64,000 bases of DNA from Prochlorococcus sp. AG-355-N16 (GTDB taxonomy: Bacteria; Cyanobacteriota; Cyanobacteriia; PCC-6307; Cyanobiaceae): assembly GCA_003278545.1 (NCBI GenBank), contig QCEF01000004.1:27194-91193 (forward strand). The letters are read 5' to 3'. Positions 8,914 through 21,872 of the stretch are shown piece after piece; within the stretch, counting starts at the first letter, position 1, and each line of letters starts with the position of its first letter. A program made the translations under genes and the position numbers. The notes below the pieces were generated by a model, which made no database searches, was not told the origin of the DNA, and worked only from the letters and a program-made list of their open reading frames with translations.

Positions 8914-9995
8914 CCTACTTTATCTAGATATTCGAGGATGCCTTTTGCAATTGCATAGGCTAATCTTTTTCGGTGGGTTATTTTTTCTAATCTTCTTGCA
9001 TCTAATCTTCCCGTTAAAAATCCAATTTCCACAAGGACTGCGGGCATCCTAGTATTTTTGATTACATAAAATCGACCTTGTTTAACTCCTCGATCAGGAC
9101 TACCAGGGGAAACTCTTAAAATTTGTTTTTGAATTCTTTTCGCGAGTAATCTTCCTCTCCACCCTCTGTAATAAAAGGTTTCCAATCCATTTATGTCTCT
9201 TCTTTTACCTCTTGAGGCATTTGCATGAATACTTACAAAGATATCTGCATCCGTATTATTAGCGATGGAAACTCTTGGAGGTAAATCCAAATTAACGTCA
9301 TTTGTTCTAGTCAACCTTACTTTGATACCTTTATCAGAAAGTAATTTTTTAACTATTTTAGAAACCTCTAGAACAACATCTGTTTCTCTAATACCACCAA
9401 TACCTATTGCTCCTGGATCAGGTCCTCCATGCCCTGGATCGATTACAACCTCAAACTTGTTTCGTTTTATCTCTGGTAGTTTCAAGGAAACATAATTGTT
9501 TTTCTTCTTATGAATTAAATTTCGATTTGCTTTGATATTTCTTCTTTTCTTTTCAACAAAACCTTCACCAATCTTTTTAAATGAATATTTTGGGTTAAAT
9601 AGTTTAATTCTCCATCTATTTTGATCTAGGCCAACCATTTGCCAAGTCAAAGGTTTCAAATAAGTCTCTTCCTTAAATTCAATTACTAGTCTTGTTTTAC
9701 CCTTATCTGGTTTACCCAATCTAATTTCTTTTATTGGGCCATTACCTTTTATTGTTCTGGGATTTTTTAATTCTCCTGGAAAGTCTACCCAGAATCTATC
9801 TCCCGATATTTTGTTAGCCTTCTGAAAGTATGCTTTTAAATTTGTATTTGATTTAGTTCTTAATTCTAAAACCCCATTGGTATTTATAGCCCACGCCGCA
9901 AGAGCACTTGAAGATTTAACTGGAAGTATTGAAGAATTTAAAAATAAAAAAACGAATAAATAACGAAAAAGTTTTTTATCTAAAAACTTTATCAT
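8910..9995 (-). CDS. amiC: N-acetylmuramoyl-L-alanine amidase (Amidase_3) with an N-terminal AMIN-like region
   Basis: IDPGHGG, E of ETDVVL, SIHANA, LVEIGF. Confidence 0.92.
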   Translation of the reverse strand: MIKFLDKKLFRYLFVFLFLNSSILPVKSSSALAAWAINTNGVLELRTKSNTNLKAYFQKANKISGDRFWVDFPGELKNPRTIKGNGPIKEIRLGKPDKGKTRLVIEFKEETYLKPLTWQMVGLDQNRWRIKLFNPKYSFKKIGEGFVEKKRRNIKANRNLIHKKKNNYVSLKLPEIKRNKFEVVIDPGHGGPDPGAIGIGGIRETDVVLEVSKIVKKLLSDKGIKVRLTRTNDVNLDLPPRVSIANNTDADIFVSIHANASRGKRRDINGLETFYYRGWRGRLLAKRIQKQILRVSPGSPDRGVKQGRFYVIKNTRMPAVLVEIGFLTGRLDARRLEKITHRKRLAYAIAKGILEYLDKVG

Positions 9996-10822
9996 TACTT
10001 TAAAAACAATTTGTTTTTTCTATGTTTAAGGCTTGGCATCTGCTCCCTAATTTTCTTCACTCTTTCTTTATCAGCAGGTGCAATTGCAGCTCCCTGAGTT
10101 TTTCCAGCATCAGATAAAACTGTACCCCAAGGGTCAATTACCATTGCATGGCCATGACTTTGCCTTCTTCCATAATGAATCCCAGTTTGAGCTGGAGCGA
10201 CTACATATGCTGTATTCTCAATTGCTCTTGCTTGTAAAAGAATTTGCCAATGATCTTTTCCAGTAAATGCTGTAAAAGCTGCGGGAATCATAATTAACTC
10301 TGCACCATTCGAAGACAAATATCTATAGAGTTCAGGAAATCTGACATCGTAACAAATTGATAATCCTATTTTGCATAAACCTGGGACATCTATAATAGGG
10401 GGATACTCTGCACCAGATAAAATAGTGGATGATTCTTTATATAAATTTCCATCTGGCAAATCAACATCAAACAGGTGAATCTTGTCGTATTTTGCCAAAA
10501 TCTGTCCATCTTTCCCAAATAAGGCTGACCTATTAAAAGTATGACTATCATCACCAGCAGGGACAGGGTACCCTCCTCCCAAAAGAAATACTTGATATCT
10601 TTGTGACATAGTTTTTAGAAAATTTGTACACTTCTCTGACAATTCAGAAGCTAATCTAAGTTTTTCTTCATCCCCTCCCAAAAAAGCAAAATTCTCGGGC
10701 AATCCTATCAACTCAGCACCTCTTCTAGCAGCTAATTCAATCTGTTCTTCTGCTTCAATAAAATTTGCTTCAACATTTGAAGTACTTGTAATTTGCAATG
10801 CAGCTACCAAAAAATCAGTCAA
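9995..10822 (-). CDS. Carbon-nitrogen hydrolase, Nit1-like (probable deaminated-glutathione amidase)
   Basis: E-K-C triad contexts LPEN, YDKIHLFD, SICYDVRFPE; SHGHAM. Confidence 0.9.
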   Translation of the reverse strand: MTDFLVAALQITSTSNVEANFIEAEEQIELAARRGAELIGLPENFAFLGGDEEKLRLASELSEKCTNFLKTMSQRYQVFLLGGGYPVPAGDDSHTFNRSALFGKDGQILAKYDKIHLFDVDLPDGNLYKESSTILSGAEYPPIIDVPGLCKIGLSICYDVRFPELYRYLSSNGAELIMIPAAFTAFTGKDHWQILLQARAIENTAYVVAPAQTGIHYGRRQSHGHAMVIDPWGTVLSDAGKTQGAAIAPADKERVKKIREQMPSLKHRKNKLFLK

Positions 10823-10852
10823 GACTTTACTCCTAATGAACCAATTCGTAAA

Positions 10853-11587
10853 TCATGAGGCACGAATCACACCTCTTTCAACTTGAGCTGGAACAATATC
10901 TAAGCAATCAAGTTCAGAGCAACATTTAAAATCATCTTCATAATTTCCAAGACTTGTCAATCTTTTGCCATGGGTTGCTGTTTTTAAACAATTCAAAATA
11001 TCATTTTTCCAAAATTCCCAAAGTGCCAAAGAAGCTTGTAATTCATCATTCAGAACATTAATTTCGCAATCATAGTTATTTTTTAGGTATGAGGCCAAAG
11101 CTCCTGCAGCTAAAGAGTCCTCAAGTGAATAAGAGCCTTCCCAACCACTACCAAGTATTAAAACATTTTCACTTTTTAATGAAATAATTTTTTCGGCAAC
11201 TGCTTTCCGATTTGGGAGTCCCATAGCAAATAAATGCTTAGCATTTTGAACTTTTTGCAATGATTTAGTCCCATTAGTCGTACTCATAAATAGCCTTTTA
11301 CCATTAACAACTTTTTTTGTAACTGATAATGGAGAATTTCCTAAATCAAAGCCCTCAATCTTCTTTCCGCCTCTCTCTCCAAGCATTAATCTCTTTTCAG
11401 CTTGCCACTTAATTGCAGATTCTTTTAATAAATCTAAATCTGCAAAAACTTGTATTGAATCAGCTCCATTTTTTAAAGCCCAAGAAATTGTGGTTGTGGC
11501 TCTTAAAACATCAATGACCACTGCAATGTCTGGGCTTATTTCTGGAACATCCTTTGCAACGTGATAATAAGTAAGATTAATAATCAA
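10853..11587 (-). CDS. comB: 2-phosphosulfolactate phosphatase family protein
   Basis: VIDVLRATT, GERGG, GNSP, TTNGT, YSLED. Confidence 0.93.
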   Translation of the reverse strand: MIINLTYYHVAKDVPEISPDIAVVIDVLRATTTISWALKNGADSIQVFADLDLLKESAIKWQAEKRLMLGERGGKKIEGFDLGNSPLSVTKKVVNGKRLFMSTTNGTKSLQKVQNAKHLFAMGLPNRKAVAEKIISLKSENVLILGSGWEGSYSLEDSLAAGALASYLKNNYDCEINVLNDELQASLALWEFWKNDILNCLKTATHGKRLTSLGNYEDDFKCCSELDCLDIVPAQVERGVIRAS

Positions 11588-11716
11588 ATCCTTTTTTCTG
11601 ATTTTATTATAGAAAACAGTTACTTAATTTGATAATTTTTTTTTAAAAAACAAACTTATTGATAATATAGAACAAATTTGTTTTAACAGAAATCGTATTA
11701 AATTTTTAATTTAAAA

Positions 11717-13027
11717 ATGAATAATATCCGCACAATACAAGGTGGAGTTAATTTAAAAGGAAAAGTAAAAGTACCTGGAGATAAATCCATTTCTCATAGA
11801 GCTTTAATAATAGGAAGTATTGCTAAGGGTGAAACGACTATTGAGGGGTTTTTACATTCTGAAGATCCACTTTCAACTGCTGATTGTCTTAGAAAATTAG
11901 GTGCAAATATACCAGAAATAAAAAAAGATGAGCCTTTTACGATTTCAGGATTGGGTCTTGATGGATTAAAAGAGCCCAAAGAAATTCTTAATTGTGGGAA
12001 TTCGGGAACCACCATGAGATTATTAATGGGATTACTTGCGGGTCAAGAAGGCAAAAATTTTATCTTAACAGGTGACATTTCTCTTAATGAAAGACCAATG
12101 GGGAGAGTGGGCAAACCATTATCGTTGATGGGTGGCAAAATTTTTGGTAGAGAAAAAGGGAACAAAGCTCCAATCTCAATTGATGGGAACAAACTTAAAG
12201 GATGTGTTATTGGAACCCCTGTAGCAAGTGCTCAAGTAAAATCTGCTATCTTATTGGCAGGCCTCAAAGCCTCTGGGACCACTTCTGTTATTGAACCAGC
12301 ATCTTCAAGAGATCATACTGAAAGAATGTTAAAAGCATTTGGAGCAGACATCAGTATCAGAGGAGAATTAGGAAGGAATGTAGTTATTAAGTCAGGGGGC
12401 AACTTAATAGGCCAGAAAATATTGATTCCTGGAGACATAAGCTCTGCTTCTTTTTGGATGATTGCTGCATCTATTGTTCCAAATTCAGAGGTTTTAATTC
12501 AGAATGTCGGTTTAAATCCCACTAGAACAGGGATTTTAAATGTAATGGATTCAATGGGATGCAATTATGAGATTTTAGATAAAGCGACTATTGCAGGTGA
12601 ACCTATTGGATCTATCAAAGTAAAGACTTCAAATAATTTAAGATCATTCACTATTGAAGGAGATATTCTCCCAAAACTTATAGATGAAATTCCTATCCTT
12701 ACTGTGGCTGCTTGTTTTTGTAATGGAGTTTCTGAAATTAAGAATGCACAAGAATTAAGAGTTAAGGAGACAGATCGATTAAAAGTCATGGCAAGACAGT
12801 TACAAAAATTTGGTGCTGAAATAACAGAAAAAGAGGATGGGTTAATTATTAATGGGCAATCAAAATTTCATTCTGCTGAGGTAGACAGTGAGACAGATCA
12901 TCGAGTAGCAATGAGTCTTGCTATTGCTTCACTTCTTGCCAAAGGTACCTCAAAAATCAAGAGAGCAGCTGCAGCTAGCGTCTCGTATCCCACTTTTTGG
13001 GAAGAGCTGGCCAAACTAACTAACTAG
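11717..13027 (+). CDS. aroA: EPSP synthase (class II)
   Basis: [42 protein letters not shown]. Confidence 0.98.
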   Translation: MNNIRTIQGGVNLKGKVKVPGDKSISHRALIIGSIAKGETTIEGFLHSEDPLSTADCLRKLGANIPEIKKDEPFTISGLGLDGLKEPKEILNCGNSGTTMRLLMGLLAGQEGKNFILTGDISLNERPMGRVGKPLSLMGGKIFGREKGNKAPISIDGNKLKGCVIGTPVASAQVKSAILLAGLKASGTTSVIEPASSRDHTERMLKAFGADISIRGELGRNVVIKSGGNLIGQKILIPGDISSASFWMIAASIVPNSEVLIQNVGLNPTRTGILNVMDSMGCNYEILDKATIAGEPIGSIKVKTSNNLRSFTIEGDILPKLIDEIPILTVAACFCNGVSEIKNAQELRVKETDRLKVMARQLQKFGAEITEKEDGLIINGQSKFHSAEVDSETDHRVAMSLAIASLLAKGTSKIKRAAAASVSYPTFWEELAKLTN

Positions 13028-13039
13028 CCTAAAAAGTCT

Positions 13040-13945
13040 TTGTCTGAATTAATAGAAGTTTTAACTAAAGATGGTACTTACTCTTTAAGAAGTGTATTTT
13101 TTCAAGAGAACTTCCATAGTTTATTGGGCGCATTGGAGGAAACAAAGTCAAAGTTTACAGCTACTTCTAATTTGCAAAGATTTAAGGAAAAATCTCTTAA
13201 TGTTTTAGATATATGTTTTGGTTTAGGATACAATTCCGCTTCTTTATTAAATGAAGTAATTAAACAAAAATCTTATTTAAATTTATATGCGTTGGAAATT
13301 GATAAAAAGCCTCTTAAATATTCGCTTAGAAAAGAATCTTTTTTAAAATTATGGGTTCCAAAAGTCAGAACAATATTTGAATCACTGTATCAAAAAAATG
13401 ACTTTGAGGATCATTTTTTTAAATGTAATATTTTGTGGGGTGATGCTAGAGAAAAAATAAACATTATTCCTTCATCTATTAAATTCGATCTTATTTATTT
13501 AGATGGTTTTTCTCCTCAAAAATGCCCACAAGTATGGACAATTGAATTTTTATCTAAAGTCGCAGAAAAGCTAAATACTAATGGTTATTTAATAACTTAT
13601 TCTTCTTCAGCGGCAGTAAGAAAAACTTTAAGAAATCTTGGATTAGAGATTTTTACTATTAAACCAAGTTTTAATAAAAGAACTTTTTGGAGTCAGGGAA
13701 CTGTCGCAATATCAAAATTTGATAAGAGTAAATTGAAACATGATCTCAATTTTGAAAAGTTATCTTTAATGGAAGAAGAACATCTCTTAACTAAAGCTAG
13801 TATTCCATATAGAGATCAAGATTTGAACTCAAGTAAAGACGATATAATCAGGAGAAGATTAGATGAGCAATTATTCTCAAATCTATTATCTACAAATATA
13901 TGGAGAGAGAAGTGGAGAATGACGAAGTTATCCTTTAAGAGTTAG
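13040..13945 (+). CDS. Stand-alone MnmC-like SAM-dependent methyltransferase
   Basis: [33 protein letters not shown] motifs of the MnmC MTase domain. Confidence 0.85.
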   Translation: MSELIEVLTKDGTYSLRSVFFQENFHSLLGALEETKSKFTATSNLQRFKEKSLNVLDICFGLGYNSASLLNEVIKQKSYLNLYALEIDKKPLKYSLRKESFLKLWVPKVRTIFESLYQKNDFEDHFFKCNILWGDAREKINIIPSSIKFDLIYLDGFSPQKCPQVWTIEFLSKVAEKLNTNGYLITYSSSAAVRKTLRNLGLEIFTIKPSFNKRTFWSQGTVAISKFDKSKLKHDLNFEKLSLMEEEHLLTKASIPYRDQDLNSSKDDIIRRRLDEQLFSNLLSTNIWREKWRMTKLSFKS

Positions 13946-13970
13946 ATTTAAATTAGGATTTCGAATAAAC

Positions 13971-15320
13971 ATGTTAAGTGTTGCGATATTAGCGGCAGGC
14001 AAGGGCACTAGGATGGAAAGCTCATTGCCAAAAGTTTTACATAAAATTTCTGGCAAAAGTCTTCTACAAAGAGTAATTGATTCATGTGTCGAATTAAAGC
14101 CCGATAAAATTTTCATAATTACTGGACACAAATCAAAAGAAGTACAAAAGTCAATCCCAATCGATAAAAAAATCCAAGTTGTTGTTCAAGAACCTCAATT
14201 AGGAACAGGTCATGCTGTCCAGGTACTTTGTAAAGAAGTAAAAAAACATGAAGGGAATCTTTTGGTACTTAACGGCGATGTGCCACTCATTAGATCTAGT
14301 ACTCTAAAAAGACTTTTGGATTTACACGATTCAAAAAATTCTGATGTTTCTTTAATTACCACAAAGAAAACAAATCCTCATGGATATGGCAGAGTTTTTT
14401 TGAAGGGGGACTTTATAGAGAGAATTGTTGAAGAGAAAGATTGCAATGATCTAGAAAGAGAAAATCCATTAATAAATGCAGGCGTTTACTGTTTTAACTG
14501 GGGTAAATTGTCAAAAATAATTAATACCTTGCAAAGCAATAATAATCAAAAAGAGATTTACTTAACAGATACAATATCTTTGCTAAAAAATTCCTTAAGT
14601 CTCGAGGTAGATGATAATGGAGAGCTTCAAGGAATTAATAACAGAATTCAATTATCAGAGTGCGAGGAATGTATTCAGAATTCAATTAAAGAAAAACATA
14701 TGCTCAATGGTGTAACTTTTATAAATAAAGCAAGTTGTTCAATTAGTGAAGAAGTTGAAATTGGTAAGGATGTAATCATAGAGGCTAATACACATATAAG
14801 AGGAAATACGAAAATAAATAGTCATTGCATTATCGGTCCAAATACTTTTATTGAGAATTCTAATGTGGGACTACGATGTGAAATTTCAAACTCTACTGTT
14901 TATGATTCCCAGATAATGGATCATATAAAAATTGGCCCTTATAGTCATATAAGACCTAATTCCAAAATATCTTCTCATAGCAAAATAGGTAATTTTGTTG
15001 AGATCAAAAATAGTCAACTAGAGGAAGAATCTAAAGTTAACCATCTAAGTTATATTGGTGATTCTGTTATTGGTAGATCTACAAATATTGGAGCAGGCAC
15101 TATTACTGCGAATTTTGATGGACAGAAAAAATATCAAACAAAAATTGGTAAAAATTCCAGTATTGGGGCAAACACAATTTTTGTAGCGCCAATAAATCTA
15201 GGCGAATCAGTAACAACAGGTGCTGGTTCAGTGATCACAAAAGACTCTAAAGATAATTCACTAGCGATCTCAAGAACTAAGCAAGTAAATATAGAGAATT
15301 GGAAAAAAAAGAAATCCTGA
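13971..15320 (+). CDS. glmU: Bifunctional UDP-GlcNAc pyrophosphorylase/acetyltransferase
   Basis: [16 protein letters not shown], hexapeptide repeats, [15 protein letters not shown]. Confidence 0.97.
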   Translation: MLSVAILAAGKGTRMESSLPKVLHKISGKSLLQRVIDSCVELKPDKIFIITGHKSKEVQKSIPIDKKIQVVVQEPQLGTGHAVQVLCKEVKKHEGNLLVLNGDVPLIRSSTLKRLLDLHDSKNSDVSLITTKKTNPHGYGRVFLKGDFIERIVEEKDCNDLERENPLINAGVYCFNWGKLSKIINTLQSNNNQKEIYLTDTISLLKNSLSLEVDDNGELQGINNRIQLSECEECIQNSIKEKHMLNGVTFINKASCSISEEVEIGKDVIIEANTHIRGNTKINSHCIIGPNTFIENSNVGLRCEISNSTVYDSQIMDHIKIGPYSHIRPNSKISSHSKIGNFVEIKNSQLEEESKVNHLSYIGDSVIGRSTNIGAGTITANFDGQKKYQTKIGKNSSIGANTIFVAPINLGESVTTGAGSVITKDSKDNSLAISRTKQVNIENWKKKKS

Positions 15321-15321
15321 T

Positions 15322-16698
15322 CTAGTTAATTAATTCAATAATTTTTTCAAGTTGCCAACATCTGCTCCCTTTTATAAGAACAGAATCACCTTTTTTTGTA
15401 GATTTGTTTATCACTTGAGGCACATCTTTAATATTACTAAAAACTAAGAATTTATTATTATCTTTTAGATAGTTGGTGTAATTTTTTTCATTCTCTTTAT
15501 CGCAAATAAATAAACACTTTTCTATATCTGAATTATTTATTAAATTGAATATTTCTATGTGATATTTTTCAGATTCTTTCCCCAATTCTTGCATGCTTCC
15601 AAATATGAAAAATTTATTTCTCGGTTTTTCAAGCAGGTTTTTAATACATGCTTTTACTGACTCTGGCGAAGCATTATATGATTCATCATATATTGTTGTT
15701 TTTACTGATTTAATAATTTTATTCCTTCCACCTAAACTTACAAAATCAAATTTATTAAAACTTGCAAAATCAATTCCTAGCTCTTTAGCAACTGCATAAG
15801 CAAATAAGAAATTCGAAGCATTGTGAAATCCCTCAAATGAAATTTCAAAGGTTTTTTCTTCAATTAAAATTGTTTTATTCGAAAGATTATAAAATCCTCG
15901 CAAATTATCATCTTTTTTAAAACTCTCCTTTTGATTTTCTATATTTATTAGTTTTACTTTTATCACTCTACCTTTCCAAAATTCTTTTAAAGTTTTCTCT
16001 AGAAATGCATCATTTGCTGGAATTATTACAACTCCTTCTGGATTTAAGAACTTACAAATTTCACACTTTGCATGAGCAATATTTTTTTTTGAGCCTAACA
16101 AACCAATATGAGCTGTACCAATGTTGGTAATAACTGCAATATCCGGTTCACTATATTTAGATAAACTCTCGATCTGTCCAAGACCTCTCATCCCCATCTC
16201 AAGAACTAAAACTTTATCTTCTGTATCTGTCGCAAGAATAGTAAGACCAACTCCAATCTCATTATTGAAATTTGCATGAGATAATTTTATTCTTCCAAGT
16301 TTATTTAAAACTCCTCCAATCATTTCTTTTGTTGTGGTTTTACCCACTGAGCCAGTTATTGCAACAATAGGGATATTTAATTTTTTTCTTTTTAGCAATG
16401 CTAATTTTTGAAATGCCTCCGTTGTGTCATTTACAACCCAATAAGGGAAATCACTAGGAAGTAATCTCTGCATCCCTTTTTTAATTACAACAGATTTAAC
16501 TCCTTTATTTAAAACCTCTGGAAGAAAACTATGTCCGTCAAAATTTTTACCCTTGATAGCTATAAAAAGATCATTTTCTAATAAAGTTCTACTATCAATA
16601 CTTATATTCTTGAAATTTAAAAAATCTTTTTTCCCCTCGCTCAGATTTCTAATATCCCCCAAAACATGGTTTAATTCTGATAAAGAGAATTCCATCAA
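15322..16698 (-). CDS. murF: UDP-MurNAc-tripeptide--D-Ala-D-Ala ligase
   Basis: DSR, ITGSVGKTTTK, NFNNEIG, LEMGM, YNASPES, KGSR. Confidence 0.96.
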   Translation of the reverse strand: MMEFSLSELNHVLGDIRNLSEGKKDFLNFKNISIDSRTLLENDLFIAIKGKNFDGHSFLPEVLNKGVKSVVIKKGMQRLLPSDFPYWVVNDTTEAFQKLALLKRKKLNIPIVAITGSVGKTTTKEMIGGVLNKLGRIKLSHANFNNEIGVGLTILATDTEDKVLVLEMGMRGLGQIESLSKYSEPDIAVITNIGTAHIGLLGSKKNIAHAKCEICKFLNPEGVVIIPANDAFLEKTLKEFWKGRVIKVKLINIENQKESFKKDDNLRGFYNLSNKTILIEEKTFEISFEGFHNASNFLFAYAVAKELGIDFASFNKFDFVSLGGRNKIIKSVKTTIYDESYNASPESVKACIKNLLEKPRNKFFIFGSMQELGKESEKYHIEIFNLINNSDIEKCLFICDKENEKNYTNYLKDNNKFLVFSNIKDVPQVINKSTKKGDSVLIKGSRCWQLEKIIELIN

Positions 16699-16702
16699 AA
16701 AT

Positions 16703-18160
16703 TTAAGTCATACTTTTTTTTAAAGATGGATCAGCTGATTGTCCATAAGAAAATTTCTCAACTTCAGCAACATCTGGTGATGGTTCCTTTATTCCGCAAA
16801 CATCCTTATACATAATTTCGTATTCAAGAGCCGATCTTTGCCAACTAAATTCTTGGATCATAGCTCTTTTTTGTAGTAATTCCCAACTATCTTTATGCCT
16901 AAAGGCTTCCCAAGACCTTACTAAAGAAGTATAGAAATCTATAGGTTCAAAGCGATCAAAGCAGAAACCTGTACCACTATTATTTTCTGGATCATGAGGT
17001 AAAACTGTATCAACTAGACCTCCAACTCGCCTTACTATTGGAATAGAGCCATATCGCATAGCCAGGAGTTGGCTAATACCACAAGGTTCAAATCTACTGG
17101 GCATTAAGAATGCATCAGATCCGCCATAAATAAGCCTTGATAAAGAATCATCATATGTAAGAAATACTGAAAATCTTCCTGGATAATCTAATGCCAGTTG
17201 CCATAATCCAGACTCTAAATATCTATCTCCAGTCCCTAAAACAGCTATTTGAGAATCAGTATAGGCTAAAAGTCTTCTTGAAACTTGTAGAAGTAAGTCA
17301 ACCCCTTTCTGATCAACTAACCTACTAACCATACCTAAGAGATATTTTTTAGGATTCACTTCAAGACCCATTTCTCTCTGCAGAATTTTCTTATTTTCTA
17401 GTCTATTTTTTAAATTCTTAATACTAAATTTTGCGGGTAAAACTGGATCTTTGGCTGGATTCCATTCATCAAGATCTATGCCATTAAGAATTCCCCTTAA
17501 TTTACCTGAAATGTAATTAAGTAATCCTTCAAGACTTTCCCCGTATTCATGGGTTTTAATTTCATCTGCATAAGTCGGAGAAACTGCATTTACTCTATCT
17601 GCGTACAACATTGCTGCAGCCATTGTGTGGTCTCCATGCATATACCAAGGACACCAAGTCATTTTTTCTAGTTTCCATCTCCAAGGGCCTTGATATTTTA
17701 AATTATGAATTGTGAAGACAGTGCTAATTTCGGGGTCCTGATGCATCCAAACAGGAATCATGCCAGTATGCCAATCATGGCAATGGAGAACTTGAGGTTT
17801 CCAACAATTCCAGGCAAATTCTGCAGTGGCACTTGCAAAAAATGTAAAGCGCCAGTCCTCATTTTCGCCTCCGTATATTTGTTCAGAGTCAAATGTTGGA
17901 TGCCCCACTAGGTAAATCACATAATTATGAATGGGATGTTTCGCTTCATATACGGCGAAATCAGTGCTCATTGTATTTGCTCTAAAGACTGGTTCATTAG
18001 ATACCTCTAAAAGACTCCACAATTTTCCATATCCTGGAATTATTACCCTTACATCGTGACCAAGTTTTATCAAAGATGGAGGTAACGAACCAACCACATC
18101 TCCCATACCTCCAACTTTGATCATTGGAGCACATTCAGCAGCGGCAAGAAGAATTCTCAT
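16703..18160 (-). CDS. glgA: Glycogen synthase
   Basis: [27 protein letters not shown]. Confidence 0.97.
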   Translation of the reverse strand: MRILLAAAECAPMIKVGGMGDVVGSLPPSLIKLGHDVRVIIPGYGKLWSLLEVSNEPVFRANTMSTDFAVYEAKHPIHNYVIYLVGHPTFDSEQIYGGENEDWRFTFFASATAEFAWNCWKPQVLHCHDWHTGMIPVWMHQDPEISTVFTIHNLKYQGPWRWKLEKMTWCPWYMHGDHTMAAAMLYADRVNAVSPTYADEIKTHEYGESLEGLLNYISGKLRGILNGIDLDEWNPAKDPVLPAKFSIKNLKNRLENKKILQREMGLEVNPKKYLLGMVSRLVDQKGVDLLLQVSRRLLAYTDSQIAVLGTGDRYLESGLWQLALDYPGRFSVFLTYDDSLSRLIYGGSDAFLMPSRFEPCGISQLLAMRYGSIPIVRRVGGLVDTVLPHDPENNSGTGFCFDRFEPIDFYTSLVRSWEAFRHKDSWELLQKRAMIQEFSWQRSALEYEIMYKDVCGIKEPSPDVAEVEKFSYGQSADPSLKKSMT

Positions 18161-18195
18161 TGATAATTATTTAAAAAGTTCTTTTGAAAAATAAA

Positions 18196-19053
18196 TTAAG
18201 GTGTCCATTTATGGTCAGAAAAGTCTGGTGGACGCTTTTCAAGAAAGGCATCTCTACCTTCTTGAGCTTCTTTAGTCGAATAGAATAATTGGGTTGTGTA
18301 TCCAGATAATTCTTGAATACCAGCAATCCCATCACTCTCTGCATTGAATGAAGCTTTAAGAATACGAATAGCAGTTGGACTATTTCGTAAAATCTCTCTT
18401 GCCCAGATTACACCCTCAGCTTCTAATTCTTCAATCTTTGTAATTGCATTTATCAAGCCCATCTTAAGAGCCTCATTGGAATTATATTTTCTACATAAAA
18501 ACCAAATTTCTTTTGCTTTTCTTTGACCAACAAGTCTTGCTAAATAACTAGATCCAAAACCCGCATCAAAACTACCAACTCTTGGACCTGTTTGACCAAA
18601 TATTGCATTTTCAGAGGCGATACTGAGATCACAAATTAAATGAAGTACCTGGCCTCCTCCAATTGCAAAGCCAGGCACTAAGGCAATAACCACTTTAGGC
18701 AAACTTCTTATTAATCTTTGAAGTTCAAGTACATTTAATCTCTGCTTACCTTCATCATTTTTATATCCATTTTCACCTCTTACACTCTGATCACCTCCAG
18801 AGCAAAAAGAATAAATACCTTTCTTATCAGGTCCCGCCCCTGTAAAGAGAACTACGCCAATAGTTTCATCATTTCTTACGATATTAAATGCGTTAATGAG
18901 TTCATCTACAGTTTGTGGCCTAAATGCATTTCTTTTTTCAGGCCGATTAATTGCAATTCTCGCAATTCCCTCTTCTGATTTGTGAAACAATATATCTTCA
19001 TAAGATTTACATTCTGACCAATTTAAAATTGTTTTACCGGGTAATACTTGCAT
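18196..19053 (-). CDS. menB: 1,4-dihydroxy-2-naphthoyl-CoA synthase
   Basis: [23 protein letters not shown] crotonase motifs; adjacent to menD. Confidence 0.97.
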   Translation of the reverse strand: MQVLPGKTILNWSECKSYEDILFHKSEEGIARIAINRPEKRNAFRPQTVDELINAFNIVRNDETIGVVLFTGAGPDKKGIYSFCSGGDQSVRGENGYKNDEGKQRLNVLELQRLIRSLPKVVIALVPGFAIGGGQVLHLICDLSIASENAIFGQTGPRVGSFDAGFGSSYLARLVGQRKAKEIWFLCRKYNSNEALKMGLINAITKIEELEAEGVIWAREILRNSPTAIRILKASFNAESDGIAGIQELSGYTTQLFYSTKEAQEGRDAFLEKRPPDFSDHKWTP

Positions 19054-19088
19054 GAAACCTAATTATTCAAAAAAAGAAAATGATAAAT

Positions 19089-20852
19089 TTAACTGCCAAT
19101 TATTTTTTCTAGCAGGGCATTTTTTTCACAAATTTCACTTTCTGGATCAATATCAACTTTAATTATTGCAGATTTCTTGATAGAAATGCTCCAATCGAAT
19201 GCCTCTCGTAATTTTTTAAAATTTGCCACACTCTTAAAGTTTACTTTATAACCCTCTGAAAGTTTTGACCAGTTTATTTCTTTTGGCATAAGAAAAAGTT
19301 TTTTTAATTCATCTTCTTTTAAATTTTCTTTGTAAATACGATTAAATATATTTCCGCCATTATTATTTATCAAAAGAATTGTTAAATTCATGTCGATTGA
19401 ATTTTCAATCAGCCAACCATTTATATCATGGATAAAAGCTAAATCTCCAGTCACAAGAAGTAGAGGATTTTTTATTCTAGAAATACCTAATGCAAGAGAT
19501 AAAGTACCGTCTATGCCTGAAGCTCCTCTAAAGCTGAAACAATTTCTTGTTAAAGTACCATTCTCAGAAAATGTAAGCCAATCTCTAATCGGGCTACTCG
19601 CGGAGAGCATTATGGGGTTTTCAGCTGGCCAAAGTTTTGGAACAAGATTTGCAAGCATATACTCAGTAATTTCATTATCTTGAGTAATTTGCTCTTTTAA
19701 AATTTCTTTAATCTGCTCGCCTTCCTCTATTAAATCCAGAGCCATCGGAGTAAGAGACTTTTTGTTTTTTTCGTTAATTGATAATTCTTCTAACAATAGA
19801 TTAGTAAAATTTGATAGCCCAAAATCATATTCAATTGATTTTTTTATAGGGTCCAATTTTCTAAAGTTTTTTTCTTTTATAAGAATTTGTATCCCTTCGA
19901 AGGTTGTTAAAAAATTCTCCAAATCAATTGAGGATGACATAGGGCCAAGCCTTAAAAGTTGATGACAATTTACTGAATTTTTATTTTTTCTTAAGACTAA
20001 TTCCCAATTAACAACTAAACCTCTCAAATCAGAACAAACGCCGGAAACAGGATCGGCAAATACTGGCCAACCAGTAATTGCTTGTAATTTCTCTAAAGAT
20101 TTATTGAAAGATGTTAAATCATTAATGGAACCTTGATAGGGACCTACCAAAATAATGCCGGATTCATCTAAATTTAAACTTTTTGAAATTTCTAAGAATT
20201 TGTTTTTATCAGACTTTATTTCAACCTCCTGAAATATGTATTTTTTCTTTAAATAAATTCTCTCAAAAACCTCTAAAACATTTTTTTTATTCAAAAATGA
20301 AATAGCTAAAGGCTTATCAATAGGAATATTTAAATGAATAGGACCAGGGAAGCTTGATATTTGTTTCTCAGTAATTCGAACTAAATTTAAGATTTCATTT
20401 TCTTGTGTTTCATGAAGTCCATTTAAATTTGTACTTAAAACTCTTCTGCAGACTGAACTCAAAAAATTTTCTTGATTTACTGTTTGATTAGCTCCACAAT
20501 CTTTTAATCTTAAGGGTCTATCAGCAGTAAGAAATATAATGCCTTTACAAGATCGGTCCGCCTCAACCGCTGCTGGCAATAAGTTACTTACGGCAGTCCC
20601 AGAAGTGGTAATTACTAAAGAAAGATTACCCGATGCAGCAGAAATTCCAAGAGAGTGAAATCCTGCAGATCTCTCATCTATTGAATTAAAAATATTTACC
20701 ATTCCTAATTTATTTAATTCTCCAGCAGCTATTGCTAAAGGTGCTGATCTACTGCCAGGACATAGTATTAAATTTTGAACTCCTATTTTTATAAGAAGAT
20801 TCAAAAGTTGTAAACTTCTAAGAAAATTTTTGCATTCAATAGATGATGTCAT
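19089..20852 (-). CDS. menD: SEPHCHC synthase
   Basis: [39 protein letters not shown]. Confidence 0.96.
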   Translation of the reverse strand: MTSSIECKNFLRSLQLLNLLIKIGVQNLILCPGSRSAPLAIAAGELNKLGMVNIFNSIDERSAGFHSLGISAASGNLSLVITTSGTAVSNLLPAAVEADRSCKGIIFLTADRPLRLKDCGANQTVNQENFLSSVCRRVLSTNLNGLHETQENEILNLVRITEKQISSFPGPIHLNIPIDKPLAISFLNKKNVLEVFERIYLKKKYIFQEVEIKSDKNKFLEISKSLNLDESGIILVGPYQGSINDLTSFNKSLEKLQAITGWPVFADPVSGVCSDLRGLVVNWELVLRKNKNSVNCHQLLRLGPMSSSIDLENFLTTFEGIQILIKEKNFRKLDPIKKSIEYDFGLSNFTNLLLEELSINEKNKKSLTPMALDLIEEGEQIKEILKEQITQDNEITEYMLANLVPKLWPAENPIMLSASSPIRDWLTFSENGTLTRNCFSFRGASGIDGTLSLALGISRIKNPLLLVTGDLAFIHDINGWLIENSIDMNLTILLINNNGGNIFNRIYKENLKEDELKKLFLMPKEINWSKLSEGYKVNFKSVANFKKLREAFDWSISIKKSAIIKVDIDPESEICEKNALLEKIIGS

Positions 20853-20901
20853 AATTTATATAAATGCTTTGGGATTTCCTTATAACTGAATTAAATAAAA
20901 C

Positions 20902-21486
20902 ATGTCTACAACACAAGAAAAAAGAAATTCAATACTAAAGGATTTAAAAAATCTTTTAATCTGGATATCTATTGCTTTAATTATACGATGGCAGGTTATA
21001 GAGCCAAGATGGATCCCATCCGGTTCAATGCTTCCAACTCTTCAAATACAAGATAAAATTCTTGTTGAGAAATTAACACCCAAAATTACATCCAAAGCAA
21101 ATCTTTCAAAATTAAAAAATAAAATAGTTGTTTTTAACGTTCCCGAACAATTAATTAATGCTGGTTATGAAGCAGATACTGCTCTAATAAAAAGAGTAAT
21201 TGGAATACCTGGAGACAAGGTAGAAGTAAGAGACGGTAACCTTTACTTAAATGATATCGCTCAAGAAAATTACTTTTTTGACAAAAACATTAATTATTCT
21301 ATAGGGCCTTTTATTGTCCCAGAAGAGTCATTATGGGTGATGGGAGATAATAGAAATAACAGTATGGACTCACATATTTGGGGATTTTTACCCTATGAAA
21401 AGGTTATTGGTAAGGCTATTTTTAGATATTGGCCATTTAATAAAATTGGACCTATTCGGTTCCCTGCCCTTAATAATTTAAATTAA
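20902..21486 (+). CDS. lepB: Signal peptidase I
   Basis: IPSGSMLPTL (Ser), IKRVIG (Lys), MGDNRNNSMDS. Confidence 0.96.
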   Translation: MSTTQEKRNSILKDLKNLLIWISIALIIRWQVIEPRWIPSGSMLPTLQIQDKILVEKLTPKITSKANLSKLKNKIVVFNVPEQLINAGYEADTALIKRVIGIPGDKVEVRDGNLYLNDIAQENYFFDKNINYSIGPFIVPEESLWVMGDNRNNSMDSHIWGFLPYEKVIGKAIFRYWPFNKIGPIRFPALNNLN

Positions 21487-21531
21487 TGGGTACGTGATGT
21501 TGTAAGGTTTTTATATCTTGAAGTTGTAGAA

Positions 21532-21867
21532 ATGTTTAATCCAGAATTTCTTGCTACTGAAAATAATGATCCAAATGATGAGAATGACTTAATCCAATAT
21601 TTACAAAAACAATCTCCTGAAGTTTTGCAAAGAGTAGCAAAATCAGCTAGTGAGGATATTCAAGAAATTATTAGACATAATGTTCAAGGTCTTCTTGGAA
21701 TGCTTCCTTCAGATCAATTTGATGTAAAAATAACATCTTCAAAAGACAATATTGCTAATTTACTATCTTCTGCAATGATGACGGGATATTTCTTAAGACA
21801 AATGGAGCAAAGAAAAGAGCTGGAACAAACTCTTAAAAATGATGAAAAAATGTCTATTGAAGAATAA
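21532..21867 (+). CDS. DUF760-family protein
   Basis: LIQYLQKQSPE and LLSSAMMTGYFLRQME motifs. Confidence 0.85.
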   Translation: MFNPEFLATENNDPNDENDLIQYLQKQSPEVLQRVAKSASEDIQEIIRHNVQGLLGMLPSDQFDVKITSSKDNIANLLSSAMMTGYFLRQMEQRKELEQTLKNDEKMSIEE

Positions 21868-21872
21868 TAGTT

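Noticed and set aside
11671-11682. Perfect palindrome AACAAATTTGTT and two TTGATAAT half-sites in the comB/aroA spacer
   Set aside because: Short AT-rich palindromes are frequent by chance; the Fur/Zur-like half-sites have no partner half
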